NCBI GenBank assembly: GCA_038861545.1
Contig: JAWCCZ010000002.1
Span: 64,001 to 128,000 of the forward strand
Reading direction: 5' to 3'
From: Thermofilaceae archaeon
GTDB taxonomy: Archaea > Thermoproteota > Thermoprotei > Thermofilales > Thermofilaceae
Length of the DNA: 64,000 bases
Both the position numbers and the translations under genes were made by a program. Position 1 is the first letter of the stretch, and every line of letters starts with the position of its first letter. The notes under the pieces were generated by a model that worked only from the letters and a program-made list of their open reading frames with translations, was not told the DNA's origin and made no database searches. Below are positions 1-9,515 of the stretch, piece after piece.

Positions 1-71
1 GAGAGTGTGCTGATTAAGAATAACAGTATAAATCTAACCATCGATTCCGTTACAAAGACTTTCTTTAACAT
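1..71 (-). CDS. Partial CDS running off the window start; N-terminus of a probable secreted/membrane protein
   Basis: ATG at 71 reads MLKKVFVTESMVRFILLFLISTL..., signal-peptide-like; AT-rich TATA-like element upstream (~100-110). Confidence 0.45.
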   Translation of the reverse strand, partial: MLKKVFVTESMVRFILLFLISTL

Positions 72-120
72 ATTGTGCTGCCCGCCCTGTAGTATCAGGT
101 TTAAAAATATTGGGTGATCT

Positions 121-588
121 TTAGCTAGACTTAACCAGCTGGACAAGTATAAAAGTTAAAGTTAGCGCTAATACTGCTATCGCTGTAAACCCTAAGCTTA
201 GGCTCAGGCTACTAGCTAAACATAGAACTCCAAGAGTAGTTACCAGTGAGAAAGCAGTAATCGTAGAAATCTCTGTGAACCTTCTCTTGAAGCAACCAAT
301 ATCGGTTGAAGTTTTCCTCCTAGTTGATAAGTCGCCTATTTCTGCAAGGTATAGTACAGTCAGCATCAAAGCCGAGGCCACTATATTGTGCTTTTCTAAG
401 CATAAAGTAACTAGCTGTGGTAGCTGAGCTGCTACGCCTGCAGCTAGCATCAGCCTATAACCTTTTAAAATCCCTAAAGTGAATAAGAGAATAGGTATTA
501 AACTCGGGATAATGTTTCCCGATGAATATCCTATAGCCAAGGATATAAACATCCAAGTTAGAAATAGGATTACGTCCAGTTTCTTCAA
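121..588 (-). CDS. Hypothetical integral membrane protein, last gene of MoxR operon
   Basis: 155 aa with several hydrophobic helices; 4-nt overlap with DUF58 stop. Confidence 0.7.
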   Translation of the reverse strand: MKKLDVILFLTWMFISLAIGYSSGNIIPSLIPILLFTLGILKGYRLMLAAGVAAQLPQLVTLCLEKHNIVASALMLTVLYLAEIGDLSTRRKTSTDIGCFKRRFTEISTITAFSLVTTLGVLCLASSLSLSLGFTAIAVLALTLTFILVQLVKSS

Positions 589-1841
589 AGCCTTTTCACC
601 GTTCGGGTTAACGGTGACCCCGGTATCCAGTCAATTACCCTGCAGGCACGGCTCAGTCCAATAATCAGGTTATCCCTCTCTAGGGCTAACATCTCGCGTG
701 CTAGCCCACCTTTAATTGGAAATGGATTTGGAGAAACGATAAGCAGTGAATACTCCCCCGCTAAGTCGAGAAGGGATTTGGCGAATATAGAGTCCAGCAG
801 CGGTGATATAACGATTATTTCAGCGTTGGGTTTCAGCAAATAAGGGGCCAGCATCCTAACGGCGAAATCCATTGGAGCGGGTTCACCAATCTCTAGCTCT
901 GAAAGACTGTAGAGGATCGCTAGTAGCTGTCTTTTCCCGAAGCCGGGTCTAAGCCAAGCTCTTCCCCGTCCCCTGGATATCAGGCTAACTCTGTTCCCGG
1001 TTCGCAGAAGGTGGAAGGCTATGGAGGCTGCTGCTGAAATCTCTACATCAGCAAGCTCCAGAGCCTCTGAATCCTCCAGAATCCCCTTAAACCCAGCATC
1101 AACTACGAGGAGCACATCAGTTACACGCTCCTCTACGTAATCATTCGATATGAGCCTAGCTAACCTGGCGGTAGCCCTCCAGTTAATACGTTTAAGCTCG
1201 TCTCCGTAAACGTATTCCCTAACTCCGTAAAACTCTGTTCCCCCACCGCTATGCTTTGAAAGCACCTCACCGGGCCAAACTCCTGTGTACTTAGCCCTAA
1301 GTGATATACCGCTTTCACCAGTAATTTGGGGGAAAGCCACTACTTTTGTAGCAGGCCCCATGACCTTAACTCTTTCCCATAAACCTAGAGGGTCGGAGGC
1401 GCTGACAACTATTGGTCCCAAGCTATAACTGCCCCTTGCAGGCAATTTAATCTCGTAACTGAAATCAGCATACCCTTTTAAGTTGATTAACGCCTTAGGG
1501 AAGCCTTTCACTACCTTAGCTTTAGGGTCTACGCTGTCCTTGACCTCGATCAAACTAGACGTATTGCTGAAAACCTTTACTCCCACCTTTAATGTATCAC
1601 CTTTAAAAACTCTAATACTTTCTAATTCACGCTCAGCTCTAACATTGATGTCGGCGGAGAATAAGCTGGAGAAGCCTATCATGAGTACAGGAGGGATCGT
1701 TAAAGCCACTACTGCTAGGCTGTTCAGCTCGCCCAGGAACATCGTCACAGCGAGTAAAGAGGCTATTAAGGCGAAGTATAGGAGAAGCTTCACGGTAGGC
1801 TTCTCAGATGCTTTTTGGGACTGGGATCGCTGAAACGACAT
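585..1841 (-). CDS. DUF58 family (vWA-like) MoxR-associated protein
   Basis: GTEFYGVREYVYGDELKRINWRATAR signature; N-terminal TMs; adjacent to MoxR; alternative GTG start at 1793. Confidence 0.9.
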   Translation of the reverse strand: MSFQRSQSQKASEKPTVKLLLYFALIASLLAVTMFLGELNSLAVVALTIPPVLMIGFSSLFSADINVRAERELESIRVFKGDTLKVGVKVFSNTSSLIEVKDSVDPKAKVVKGFPKALINLKGYADFSYEIKLPARGSYSLGPIVVSASDPLGLWERVKVMGPATKVVAFPQITGESGISLRAKYTGVWPGEVLSKHSGGGTEFYGVREYVYGDELKRINWRATARLARLISNDYVEERVTDVLLVVDAGFKGILEDSEALELADVEISAAASIAFHLLRTGNRVSLISRGRGRAWLRPGFGKRQLLAILYSLSELEIGEPAPMDFAVRMLAPYLLKPNAEIIVISPLLDSIFAKSLLDLAGEYSLLIVSPNPFPIKGGLAREMLALERDNLIIGLSRACRVIDWIPGSPLTRTVKRL

Positions 1842-2754
1842 CTCGTATCACGTTTTCAGGGTTGGCTCCCCGAATCCAATGCTCTGATTTAAGTACAATT
1901 CTGTGAGCTAATGCCTCGACAGCCAACTCCTTAACGTCATCGGGTATTACGAAGTCCCTACCGCCTAACGCCGCTCGCGCTCTAGCCAGTTTCATAAGGA
2001 TTTCAGCTCCACGCGGGCTAACTCCTACTTCTACTCTCGGGTGCGAACGTGTGGCCCTAGCGATAGCCACGATATACTGAGCAACGGATTCATCAACGTG
2101 CACGCTCTCTACCGCATTCTGCATTTCGATAACCTGAGCTGCTGATACTATGGGTTCTATCTTTACAGTATCACTCTTACGGGCAACTCTCCTAGCTAGG
2201 ATTTCCAGTTCCTCTTCCTCGCTCGGGTACCCGACCCTTACTTTAAGAGCGAATCTATCCAGCTGAGCCTCCGGCAACGGGTAAACACCCTCATACTCGA
2301 TCGGGTTTTGAGTGGCAATTACTATGAAGGGTTCCTCTAATGGATGGGTCATGCCATCCAGTGTGACTTGCCGTTCCTGCATAGCCTCTAGTAAAGCACT
2401 TTGCGTTTTAGGTGGAGCGCGGTTGATCTCGTCAGCTAGTAATATGTTTGTGTAAACTGGGCCTTTCCTAAGCTCAAACTCTCCGGTTTTCTGGTTGTAA
2501 ACATATGTTCCGGTAATATCCGCTGGAAGGAGATCTGGCGTAAACTGCACACGCTTAAACCTGAGACCAAGGGTTTGAGCTAGAGATTTAGCCATCAGAG
2601 TTTTAGCAAGGCCTGGGAAGTCTTCGATAAGTACGTGCCCCCTAGCGAGAAAAGCTACTAGAAGCTTTGTGAGTACGTCCCGTTTACCAACAATGACCTT
2701 TTCCAGCTCACCCAGAACCTGTTCACACACTTCAGAGACGCCGCTAACTTTCAT
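1804..2754 (-). CDS. moxR: MoxR family AAA+ ATPase
   Basis: PGLAKT Walker A, RVQFTPDLLPADITG, LADEINRAPPKTQSALLEAMQE, ATQNPIEYEGVYPLPEAQLDRF. Confidence 0.95.
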   Translation of the reverse strand: MKVSGVSEVCEQVLGELEKVIVGKRDVLTKLLVAFLARGHVLIEDFPGLAKTLMAKSLAQTLGLRFKRVQFTPDLLPADITGTYVYNQKTGEFELRKGPVYTNILLADEINRAPPKTQSALLEAMQERQVTLDGMTHPLEEPFIVIATQNPIEYEGVYPLPEAQLDRFALKVRVGYPSEEEELEILARRVARKSDTVKIEPIVSAAQVIEMQNAVESVHVDESVAQYIVAIARATRSHPRVEVGVSPRGAEILMKLARARAALGGRDFVIPDDVKELAVEALAHRIVLKSEHWIRGANPENVIRDVVSAIPVPKSI

Positions 2755-2860
2755 TTAGGTCGAATGGAGTTCAATGCGTTTCTTATCAACTTTACCTATG
2801 TGAACCATTTCACGAGCAGAACTCTAAACCCTAAGTTAACCAGCTTTAACAGTAAGCCAG

Positions 2861-3325
2861 CTAAATTTCAGTGATTTTTTCGAGTAATTCCTTCACTTCA
2901 TTCTGTGACAGCGGTCTTACATCACCATCCAAGATTTTAAGCAGGAGCTTATCTTTAACGAGCTCCCGAGCCCTAGAAGTAGCCTCGGCCACAGATATTC
3001 CCTCTTTAGCCGAGATCCTAGAAATCAGGATCTCTTTAATCCTGTAAGCAACAGCGTCAGACGTTATTGGTAACTTATTGATGAGCTCTTCAAGTACTTT
3101 CTCCCTAGTTTTGGTTCTGTAAATTATACTTCTTCCATCAAGCTCTGTAAACGGTAACTGTGGTACTACATCGCGGATTGCCCCGTATACAATTACGGCC
3201 ATAAAAACGAGAAGAATTAACCATCCCAGGGGAGGGTAAAGCGAGTAAGCCTGCGAAGCAAGCCAAGCAATTAATCCGATACTAGCTATAATTAGTACTA
3301 CTCTAAGGTAACGTACGAGCAACAT
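2861..3325 (-). CDS. Hypothetical membrane protein of MoxR operon
   Basis: Two N-terminal TMs plus helical tail; overlaps upstream DUF4129 gene. Confidence 0.7.
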   Translation of the reverse strand: MLLVRYLRVVLIIASIGLIAWLASQAYSLYPPLGWLILLVFMAVIVYGAIRDVVPQLPFTELDGRSIIYRTKTREKVLEELINKLPITSDAVAYRIKEILISRISAKEGISVAEATSRARELVKDKLLLKILDGDVRPLSQNEVKELLEKITEI

Positions 3326-4244
3326 CTGTAAGCCCCTCCCGCAGCTCTATAAAACACTTTAATGCTTCCTCACGCATCCTCTCGCTTACCTCGTGGCTGC
3401 TGTACCGAGCTTCCTCGAACATCTCTACGAGCTTCTCTAGCGGGTACTTCCTTAAACCTGGGAAACTTTCAAGCGTAAGCCTGGCAATTTCCCTAGCTGT
3501 CATATCATCATGAACTTTAACACCTTTTTCTTCAAGTACACGACATAACCTTAGGAAGTAGGATACCACAGCCCACCGTGGATCCGCACCGTTCCCAACA
3601 TCTATTATTGCTTCCTCTGTAGCTGCCAGTAGAGCCTGGGAATCTTCTGCAGTTTTGGTTAACTCTTCCATACTAAGTGAAAGTTTCATTTCTCTGAGCA
3701 CAACATAAGCGGAGTAGGCGACAGTTGCTACTAATGAAGCCAGTAAAGTAGCTATAGCAAAGGTTAAAGCGTGCTCGGCGATAGAGAACGCGCCCTCTTC
3801 TTGAATACCACTTTCCTCGAGCCGTGGCTTGTCACCACTCCTTTGAGGTTCATTGGTAATCAGTGTAGACTGTTCTTCTCGAGTACTTATCAGCTGGGGG
3901 GTTAGGGAACTATTAGATGGCAACTGCTTAATTATTGATTGCCAGGGAATCGCGATTAATAGAATGAAAGGGATCATCAATATAAGTGTTTGAAGAAGCG
4001 CGACAATCAAGGCTTGCCTCCAAATTTTTCTTCCTCTAGACATAGCTTCACGGAAAACCACCTTAAACCCTTCCTGGAGAAAAGGTAGCACGGCTGCTGC
4101 AGCTGCGATCATTACGACTATTAACAGTCGAATAAAGTCCAAGTCGAGCTCCCAATAGGTAGCAACTGTCTTAAGATTAAGGGAGGACATGCTGAAAGCT
4201 GCTGCCAGTACAGCGTACGCTAAAGCCATCGCTAGCTTCCGCAC
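3303..4244 (-). CDS. DUF4129 domain membrane protein
   Basis: Multiple TMs; C-terminal MTAREI...LVEMFEEARYS motif typical of DUF4129 in MoxR clusters. Confidence 0.85.
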   Translation of the reverse strand: MRKLAMALAYAVLAAAFSMSSLNLKTVATYWELDLDFIRLLIVVMIAAAAAVLPFLQEGFKVVFREAMSRGRKIWRQALIVALLQTLILMIPFILLIAIPWQSIIKQLPSNSSLTPQLISTREEQSTLITNEPQRSGDKPRLEESGIQEEGAFSIAEHALTFAIATLLASLVATVAYSAYVVLREMKLSLSMEELTKTAEDSQALLAATEEAIIDVGNGADPRWAVVSYFLRLCRVLEEKGVKVHDDMTAREIARLTLESFPGLRKYPLEKLVEMFEEARYSSHEVSERMREEALKCFIELREGLTDVARTLP

Positions 4245-4374
4245 ATGATGTGATCGTGCTGCACTTTATAAGCTTTCGTGCAGGTTCTTAGTAGAACCCA
4301 GCTTATGCTTAAGTTAGGGTGTTCTATTGTAAAACTTTTAAACAGAAATTAATAAATTTTTAAAAAAATATTCT

Positions 4375-6540
4375 TTATTTTCCTATAGGTTTAAGCTCTT
4401 CGGTCGGCCTCGCGGCGGGTTTCCTAGCTAAAAGCACTATGATGACAACCACTAAGAGTAGCAGGCATACAGCGTTAACAGCGATTAAAGTAGTTATTGA
4501 ACCGCGTAACGCCGCGAATTCTTCACTTAGCTTGCCCGCTAGGCTGGATACCGATCCGCTTAAGGTATCAAGCTTAGAAGAGAGCGAGGAAATATCCCTG
4601 GCTAACGTCTTGATTGTCTCCTCTAATTCTTTAGGCACAGGTGGAGTCGCTGTAGCCCACCCAAGTTCGATGAGCAGGCGTGCGTCTTCAACAGGTACTG
4701 TTGCTGAGTCTCCGGGTTTGAAAGGCCCATACTTAACGTTGTCCCACCCAGTGAAACTGAACTCTGCAGGAACTTTCTCTGTAAACCATATAGTCGTGTA
4801 CCCTCCAACGTATTTTGCAGGTCTAAGTTTAAGTATTATGAATAAGAACTGCGGCCACCATACGCCTGTCTCAATATAACGGTTTTCCTCGGTCGGCCAG
4901 CCAGCCCAATACTTGGTGTTCCATGCCATAGCATATGTTGTTTCTATAACCGGTATAGCTGGCATACCTTTCCATAAAATCTCTATCCCCTTCTTGGCGA
5001 GTTCTACAGCTTTAGGATCATCCGGTGGAAGGCTCTCTAACTGGTCGATAATTTTGTCTAGCTCAGGGTTGCTAAATCTACACCATTGCCCAGCCAGCTG
5101 TCTTTCTCCGATCGGTCTCATATACTTGCTATGGAAGCCTTCAAGCAGTCCATAAGGATCTAGGTTCCACGGCATACCAGTGCACAGCCACATCGCCACC
5201 ATGTCAAACTGTCCTGTCTCAATAGCTTCCACGAGTGGCCCCGTAGGCATGGTCTTCGTCACGGCCTCAATACCTATCTTCCTCAAGTTAGAGGCTAAGT
5301 GCTCTGCGTAGAAGGCGTGCTGAATGAAGGGCTCACGAACCAGGATTACGAAAGAGAGTCTAGTGCCGTTAGGTGTAACCCTTATGCCGTCGGACCCCGG
5401 CTTGAACCCCAAATCATCGAGCATTTTTGCGGCTTTCTCCAGGTTGAACTCAAGCGGATACTTCTCAAATATATCGGGGAACGCCCACTTCCTCAGCGCT
5501 CCCCAGTCGGCCCAGGGGTACTTCGCGGAAGTTGTATCGAAGATCCAGTACCGGGTTAGTAATTCCCTGTCTAGCGATAGCGCGATAGCCCACCTAACTT
5601 CCGGTAAGCTTAACGGGTATTTCATACAGTTAATCCATATACCTCTGGGACATGGGTCGAACATCAAGAAATGTGACGTATAGGGTGCGCCTTCAGACAT
5701 GCCTCTCTCGAGGAGCTCTCTAGTGAAGAAGTTTGTCGCGTGAGTAGAGTCATATAAGGCCTCAACCCAAGCCTTATACTCGAGGTCGGCTGTAGTCCAG
5801 TACCTTCTAATTACGTACTTCGGCTTTGGTAAGTAGTCCGGCCCCCAAAGCTGAGCCGCCCAGTAGTCGTCTCTTCTAACCCATACAACCATCTTCTGCT
5901 CCGGGATTACCCTGTAAAGCTTGTAGGGTCCAGTTGTTACCGGCGGGAAATTCTTGAAGGTCAACGGATCCTGTCCCCTCCACACGTGTTCTGGAACAAC
6001 CGTGAACGTCCAAGAACCTTCGAAGTTAAAATGAAACCTTGGGTTCGGCTTCTTTAGCTTGATAACCACTGTGTAACTGTCTGGCGTTTCAACGCTGTCA
6101 ATCCATTCAACAGCCCACTCATGGTAGTAGAGACCCGGGGTGTTCTTCACCATTTCAATCGTAAACTTGAAGTCACTTGCAGTTAGTGGTTTCCCATCAT
6201 TCCACGTAACCCCTCTTCGGACATGCATGATGAACGTCTTGTAGTTATCTTTGTACTCATAACCCGTTATAAGCCAGAAAATTTTCTCGCCGGTTGCATA
6301 GTTTATGTAAACACAGTACTCTTGCGCGACAGCCTCATACGTGGGATCGGTAATACCCATCGGTATGAAGGGGTTGAACTTATCCCAAACACCCGGGAGA
6401 AATTCAACAAGTATCATTGTTTCCTCTCTGGGAGTAGGGGGTACAGGTTGAGCGAGCGCGAAGTGTGTTGCTGGAAGATATGTAGCAGCTAGTGCTAAAA
6501 TCAGTGAAATTATTACCGAGGAATGAGTTTTCCCCCTCAT
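4375..6540 (-). CDS. ABC transporter substrate-binding protein (family 5, OppA/DppA-like) with C-terminal GINS-B-like domain, coiled-coil stalk and TM anchor
   Basis: Signal peptide; GVTWNDGKPLTASDFKFT, PVTTGPYKL, VRWAIALSLDR; C-terminal hydrophobic helix plus basic tail. Confidence 0.92.
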   Translation of the reverse strand: MRGKTHSSVIISLILALAATYLPATHFALAQPVPPTPREETMILVEFLPGVWDKFNPFIPMGITDPTYEAVAQEYCVYINYATGEKIFWLITGYEYKDNYKTFIMHVRRGVTWNDGKPLTASDFKFTIEMVKNTPGLYYHEWAVEWIDSVETPDSYTVVIKLKKPNPRFHFNFEGSWTFTVVPEHVWRGQDPLTFKNFPPVTTGPYKLYRVIPEQKMVVWVRRDDYWAAQLWGPDYLPKPKYVIRRYWTTADLEYKAWVEALYDSTHATNFFTRELLERGMSEGAPYTSHFLMFDPCPRGIWINCMKYPLSLPEVRWAIALSLDRELLTRYWIFDTTSAKYPWADWGALRKWAFPDIFEKYPLEFNLEKAAKMLDDLGFKPGSDGIRVTPNGTRLSFVILVREPFIQHAFYAEHLASNLRKIGIEAVTKTMPTGPLVEAIETGQFDMVAMWLCTGMPWNLDPYGLLEGFHSKYMRPIGERQLAGQWCRFSNPELDKIIDQLESLPPDDPKAVELAKKGIEILWKGMPAIPVIETTYAMAWNTKYWAGWPTEENRYIETGVWWPQFLFIILKLRPAKYVGGYTTIWFTEKVPAEFSFTGWDNVKYGPFKPGDSATVPVEDARLLIELGWATATPPVPKELEETIKTLARDISSLSSKLDTLSGSVSSLAGKLSEEFAALRGSITTLIAVNAVCLLLLVVVIIVLLARKPAARPTEELKPIGK

Positions 6541-6574
6541 TCCTCTTCTGGTTAAAATCCTGCAGTCATTAATA

Positions 6575-6595
6575 AGTTTAACTTCCTATTAAACT
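6575..6595. promoter_or_regulatory. Inverted repeat in divergent ABC promoter (candidate operator)
   Basis: AGTTTAA-N7-TTAAACT in the 107-bp gap between the SBP and permease genes. Confidence 0.35.
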
Positions 6596-6647
6596 CAGCG
6601 CGTAAAAAATAAAAAAGAGGATTCATAATTCGAATAACGATAGTTCT

Positions 6648-7658
6648 ATGCATCCCTTAGTCTCTTATGTTGCGAGAAGAACGCTTACGTACTTACTAAC
6701 CCTGTTTATCGTGGTAACAGTTACTTTTTTCCTTTTTAGATTGATTCCGGCCAATCCAATTGCATCCTTCGTCGGTCAGCTGGAAGCCCAGGGAAGGTAC
6801 GCTGAAGCTGAAAAGGCACAGCAAGTTATCGAGGAGTATAAAAGGATGTTCGGTCTAGATAGGGATCTGTTCACTCAATACATATCCTTCTTAAAGGAAC
6901 TGTTTCGAGGCAACCTAGGGCCTTCGCTAATCGGATTCCCTACGCCTGCTCAGGATCTGATACTGGAAAGGCTTCCATGGACTATCGGTCTGCTGGGAAT
7001 CTCCGCAGTTATTGCTTGGGCTGTAGGATTGCTGGTAGGCTGCGTGCTCGGATGGGGAAGGGGATCGACATACGATAAAGTTTTCACAACGGTATCTCTA
7101 GCGTTCTCTCAAGTACCCTACTATCTAATGGCTGTCCTTTTAGTACTGGTCTTCACCTACTACTTGAGAGTCCTGCCCAGCGGTGGAGCATATTCGCCTA
7201 AGCTTACGCCGGGATTTTACTGGGAATTTGTGAAATCCGTCGTTGAGTACGGGACTTTACCAGCTTTATCACTAATCTTAACGTCCAGTGCATCTTGGCT
7301 TGTCTCAACGCGTTTCTTAACAGTAACAATACTGGCAGAGGACTACCTGCACTTTGCGGAGGCAAAGGGGTTGAAAACCTCAAGGATTATTAAAAAGTAT
7401 ATTTTAAGAAATGCCCTACTACCACAGGTTACCGGCTTGTCGATAAACCTGAGCTTCATGCTGGGCGGTCAAATAGTTCTGGAAACGATCTTCTCCTATC
7501 CAGGCATAGGGTACCTTTTTTCGATAGCCATCGGGCTGCTTGATTACAACGTAATAAACGGTGTCCTGCTGCTAATCATATTTACAGCCTTAACAGCGAA
7601 CTTCGTTCTGGACATACTATACCCCCTAATAGACCCTAGGGTGAGGTACCATGAATAA
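6648..7658 (+). CDS. ABC transporter permease, DppB/OppB family
   Basis: EDYLHFAEAKGL...YILRNALLP EAA loop; LETIFSYPGIG; LIDPRVR terminus. Confidence 0.93.
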   Translation: MHPLVSYVARRTLTYLLTLFIVVTVTFFLFRLIPANPIASFVGQLEAQGRYAEAEKAQQVIEEYKRMFGLDRDLFTQYISFLKELFRGNLGPSLIGFPTPAQDLILERLPWTIGLLGISAVIAWAVGLLVGCVLGWGRGSTYDKVFTTVSLAFSQVPYYLMAVLLVLVFTYYLRVLPSGGAYSPKLTPGFYWEFVKSVVEYGTLPALSLILTSSASWLVSTRFLTVTILAEDYLHFAEAKGLKTSRIIKKYILRNALLPQVTGLSINLSFMLGGQIVLETIFSYPGIGYLFSIAIGLLDYNVINGVLLLIIFTALTANFVLDILYPLIDPRVRYHE

Positions 7659-8547
7659 ACCGTCGACAGAGTTGGCTAGCAGGTTAAAGTATTTTCTCAA
7701 ATTATTAGCGCATAACAACAAGCTGAAGGTGGGAGCCGGAATTTTAGCTGCAATGATAATTTTAGCGATTTTTGAGCCGTTCATTAACAAGTTAAGGCTC
7801 GGAAACTTCTCTCCTGATGAAATAGGCTTAGGAGGCCCGTACGAACCCCCATCTCAAAAATTCCCTCTGGGAACCTGTCCCTGGGGTAGGGATATTTTCG
7901 GTATGCTTCTACTTGGTACGCGATTAACTCTGGTAATAGGATTGCTTAGCGGCACGATAGCGACAGTGATAGCTGTTCTCCTAGGCTTTGTATCAGCTTA
8001 CAAAGGGGGAGTAATAGACCATATCCTTAGGTCTTTTATCGATGCATTTCTCGTGGTCCCTACATGGCCGATATTCGTTATAATAGCGGCGTACGTTAAG
8101 ATTCTTGGAATAACCGAGATTAGCCTACTGCTAGCCCTCTTCAGCTGGGGTGGAGCCGCCAGGATCATAAGGGCGCAGGTACTATCACTCAAGGAAAGAG
8201 AATTCATAAACCTGGCAAAGATCTCCGGAATGCGGGACTTGGAAATAATAATTTTCGAAATTCTGCCGAACTTTGCCCCCTACATAATTATCAGCTTCAC
8301 TAACACTGTCATGGGGGCGATATTCGCCGAGACAGGGCTTAGGCTAATAGGTTTAGGTCCCCCGCTCCTTCCAACACTAGGTTACCTACTGAACCTTACT
8401 CTAGGCAGCGGCTTTCTCACAATAAGACCCTACGTCGTGGCTATCGTATCAGCGATGCTTATCCTTATCTTCCTTTCCCTGAACCTGGTGAACATAGGAT
8501 TAGAGGAGGAGTTCAACCCCAGGTTAAAGAGGGTGACAGGGTTATGA
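7651..8547 (+). CDS. ABC transporter permease, DppC/OppC family
   Basis: PLGTCPWGRDIF; ARIIRAQVLSLKEREFINLAKISG; FNPRL. Confidence 0.93.
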   Translation: MNKPSTELASRLKYFLKLLAHNNKLKVGAGILAAMIILAIFEPFINKLRLGNFSPDEIGLGGPYEPPSQKFPLGTCPWGRDIFGMLLLGTRLTLVIGLLSGTIATVIAVLLGFVSAYKGGVIDHILRSFIDAFLVVPTWPIFVIIAAYVKILGITEISLLLALFSWGGAARIIRAQVLSLKEREFINLAKISGMRDLEIIIFEILPNFAPYIIISFTNTVMGAIFAETGLRLIGLGPPLLPTLGYLLNLTLGSGFLTIRPYVVAIVSAMLILIFLSLNLVNIGLEEEFNPRLKRVTGL

Positions 8548-9515
8548 GTGAGGAGATACTTAGAGTTGAAAACCTCAAAATATACTATAGGAGCGTGTGG
8601 GGGGACTACAGAGTAGTTGACGACGTTTCCCTTAGCGTATACAAAGGCGAAATATTCGGTGTAGCAGGTGAATCCGGATGCGGTAAATCCACACTCGTCG
8701 AAGGAGTTTTACGGCTGGTTAAGCCTCCAGGCTACATTGCTGGAGGGAAAGTTATATTCGAAGGTAAGAACATCTTTGAGCTCGGCGAAGAGGAGCTTCG
8801 AAGAATCCGGTGGAGAAGGATATCCTATGTCCCGCAGGGGGCTATGAACGCTTTAAACCCGGTGCTAAGGATAGAGGAACAAATGATCGACGCAATAATA
8901 GACCACGCAGGTCATTTACCGAAGGAGAAGTATAGGGATTTCGCGGTAGCGGCTCTGGAGGCTGTAGGGCTCCCCTCCGATGAAGTGTTGAGAATGTACC
9001 CTCACGAGTTAAGCGGGGGGATGCGACAGAGGGTCATCATAGCTACAGCAATAGCCCTTAGCCCAAGCTTAGTAGTCGCTGACGAACCGGTTACAGCATT
9101 AGATGTAGTAATGACCAGAGCTGTCTTAGAGACGCTTGCGATGCTTAAGGAGAAGTACGGGATGACCGTTGTTTTCGTATCCCACGACATGGCTGCGCAT
9201 TCTGAACTGGTGGATAGACTTGCCATAATGTACGCAGGGAAAGTTGTTGAGATAGGTGGCGTCGAGAAAGTCTTCTACGAGCCGCTCCATCCATACACTC
9301 AAGGGCTGATCAACGCCATACCCAGGTTGAATAGGAGGGTGATGAAACCTATCCCGGGTCTGGCGCCAAGCCCCCTTGAATGGCCATCAGGGTGCAGGTT
9401 CCACCCACGTTGCCCCCTCGCTACCGAGAAGTGTAGAAGTGAGATCCCGGAGTTGAGGGAAGTCGAGCCCGGCAGGATAGTGGCGTGCCATTTGCTCGGG
9501 GGTGGTGAACCGTGA
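8544..9515 (+). CDS. ABC transporter ATP-binding protein, DppD/OppD family
   Basis: GESGCGKST, LSGGMRQR, ADEP, HPYT, C-terminal GCRFHPRC Cys motif. Confidence 0.95.
   Translation: MSEEILRVENLKIYYRSVWGDYRVVDDVSLSVYKGEIFGVAGESGCGKSTLVEGVLRLVKPPGYIAGGKVIFEGKNIFELGEEELRRIRWRRISYVPQGAMNALNPVLRIEEQMIDAIIDHAGHLPKEKYRDFAVAALEAVGLPSDEVLRMYPHELSGGMRQRVIIATAIALSPSLVVADEPVTALDVVMTRAVLETLAMLKEKYGMTVVFVSHDMAAHSELVDRLAIMYAGKVVEIGGVEKVFYEPLHPYTQGLINAIPRLNRRVMKPIPGLAPSPLEWPSGCRFHPRCPLATEKCRSEIPELREVEPGRIVACHLLGGGEP

Noticed and set aside
121-4244. MoxR/DUF58/DUF4129 operon as a novel system
   Set aside because: Widespread, familiar arrangement
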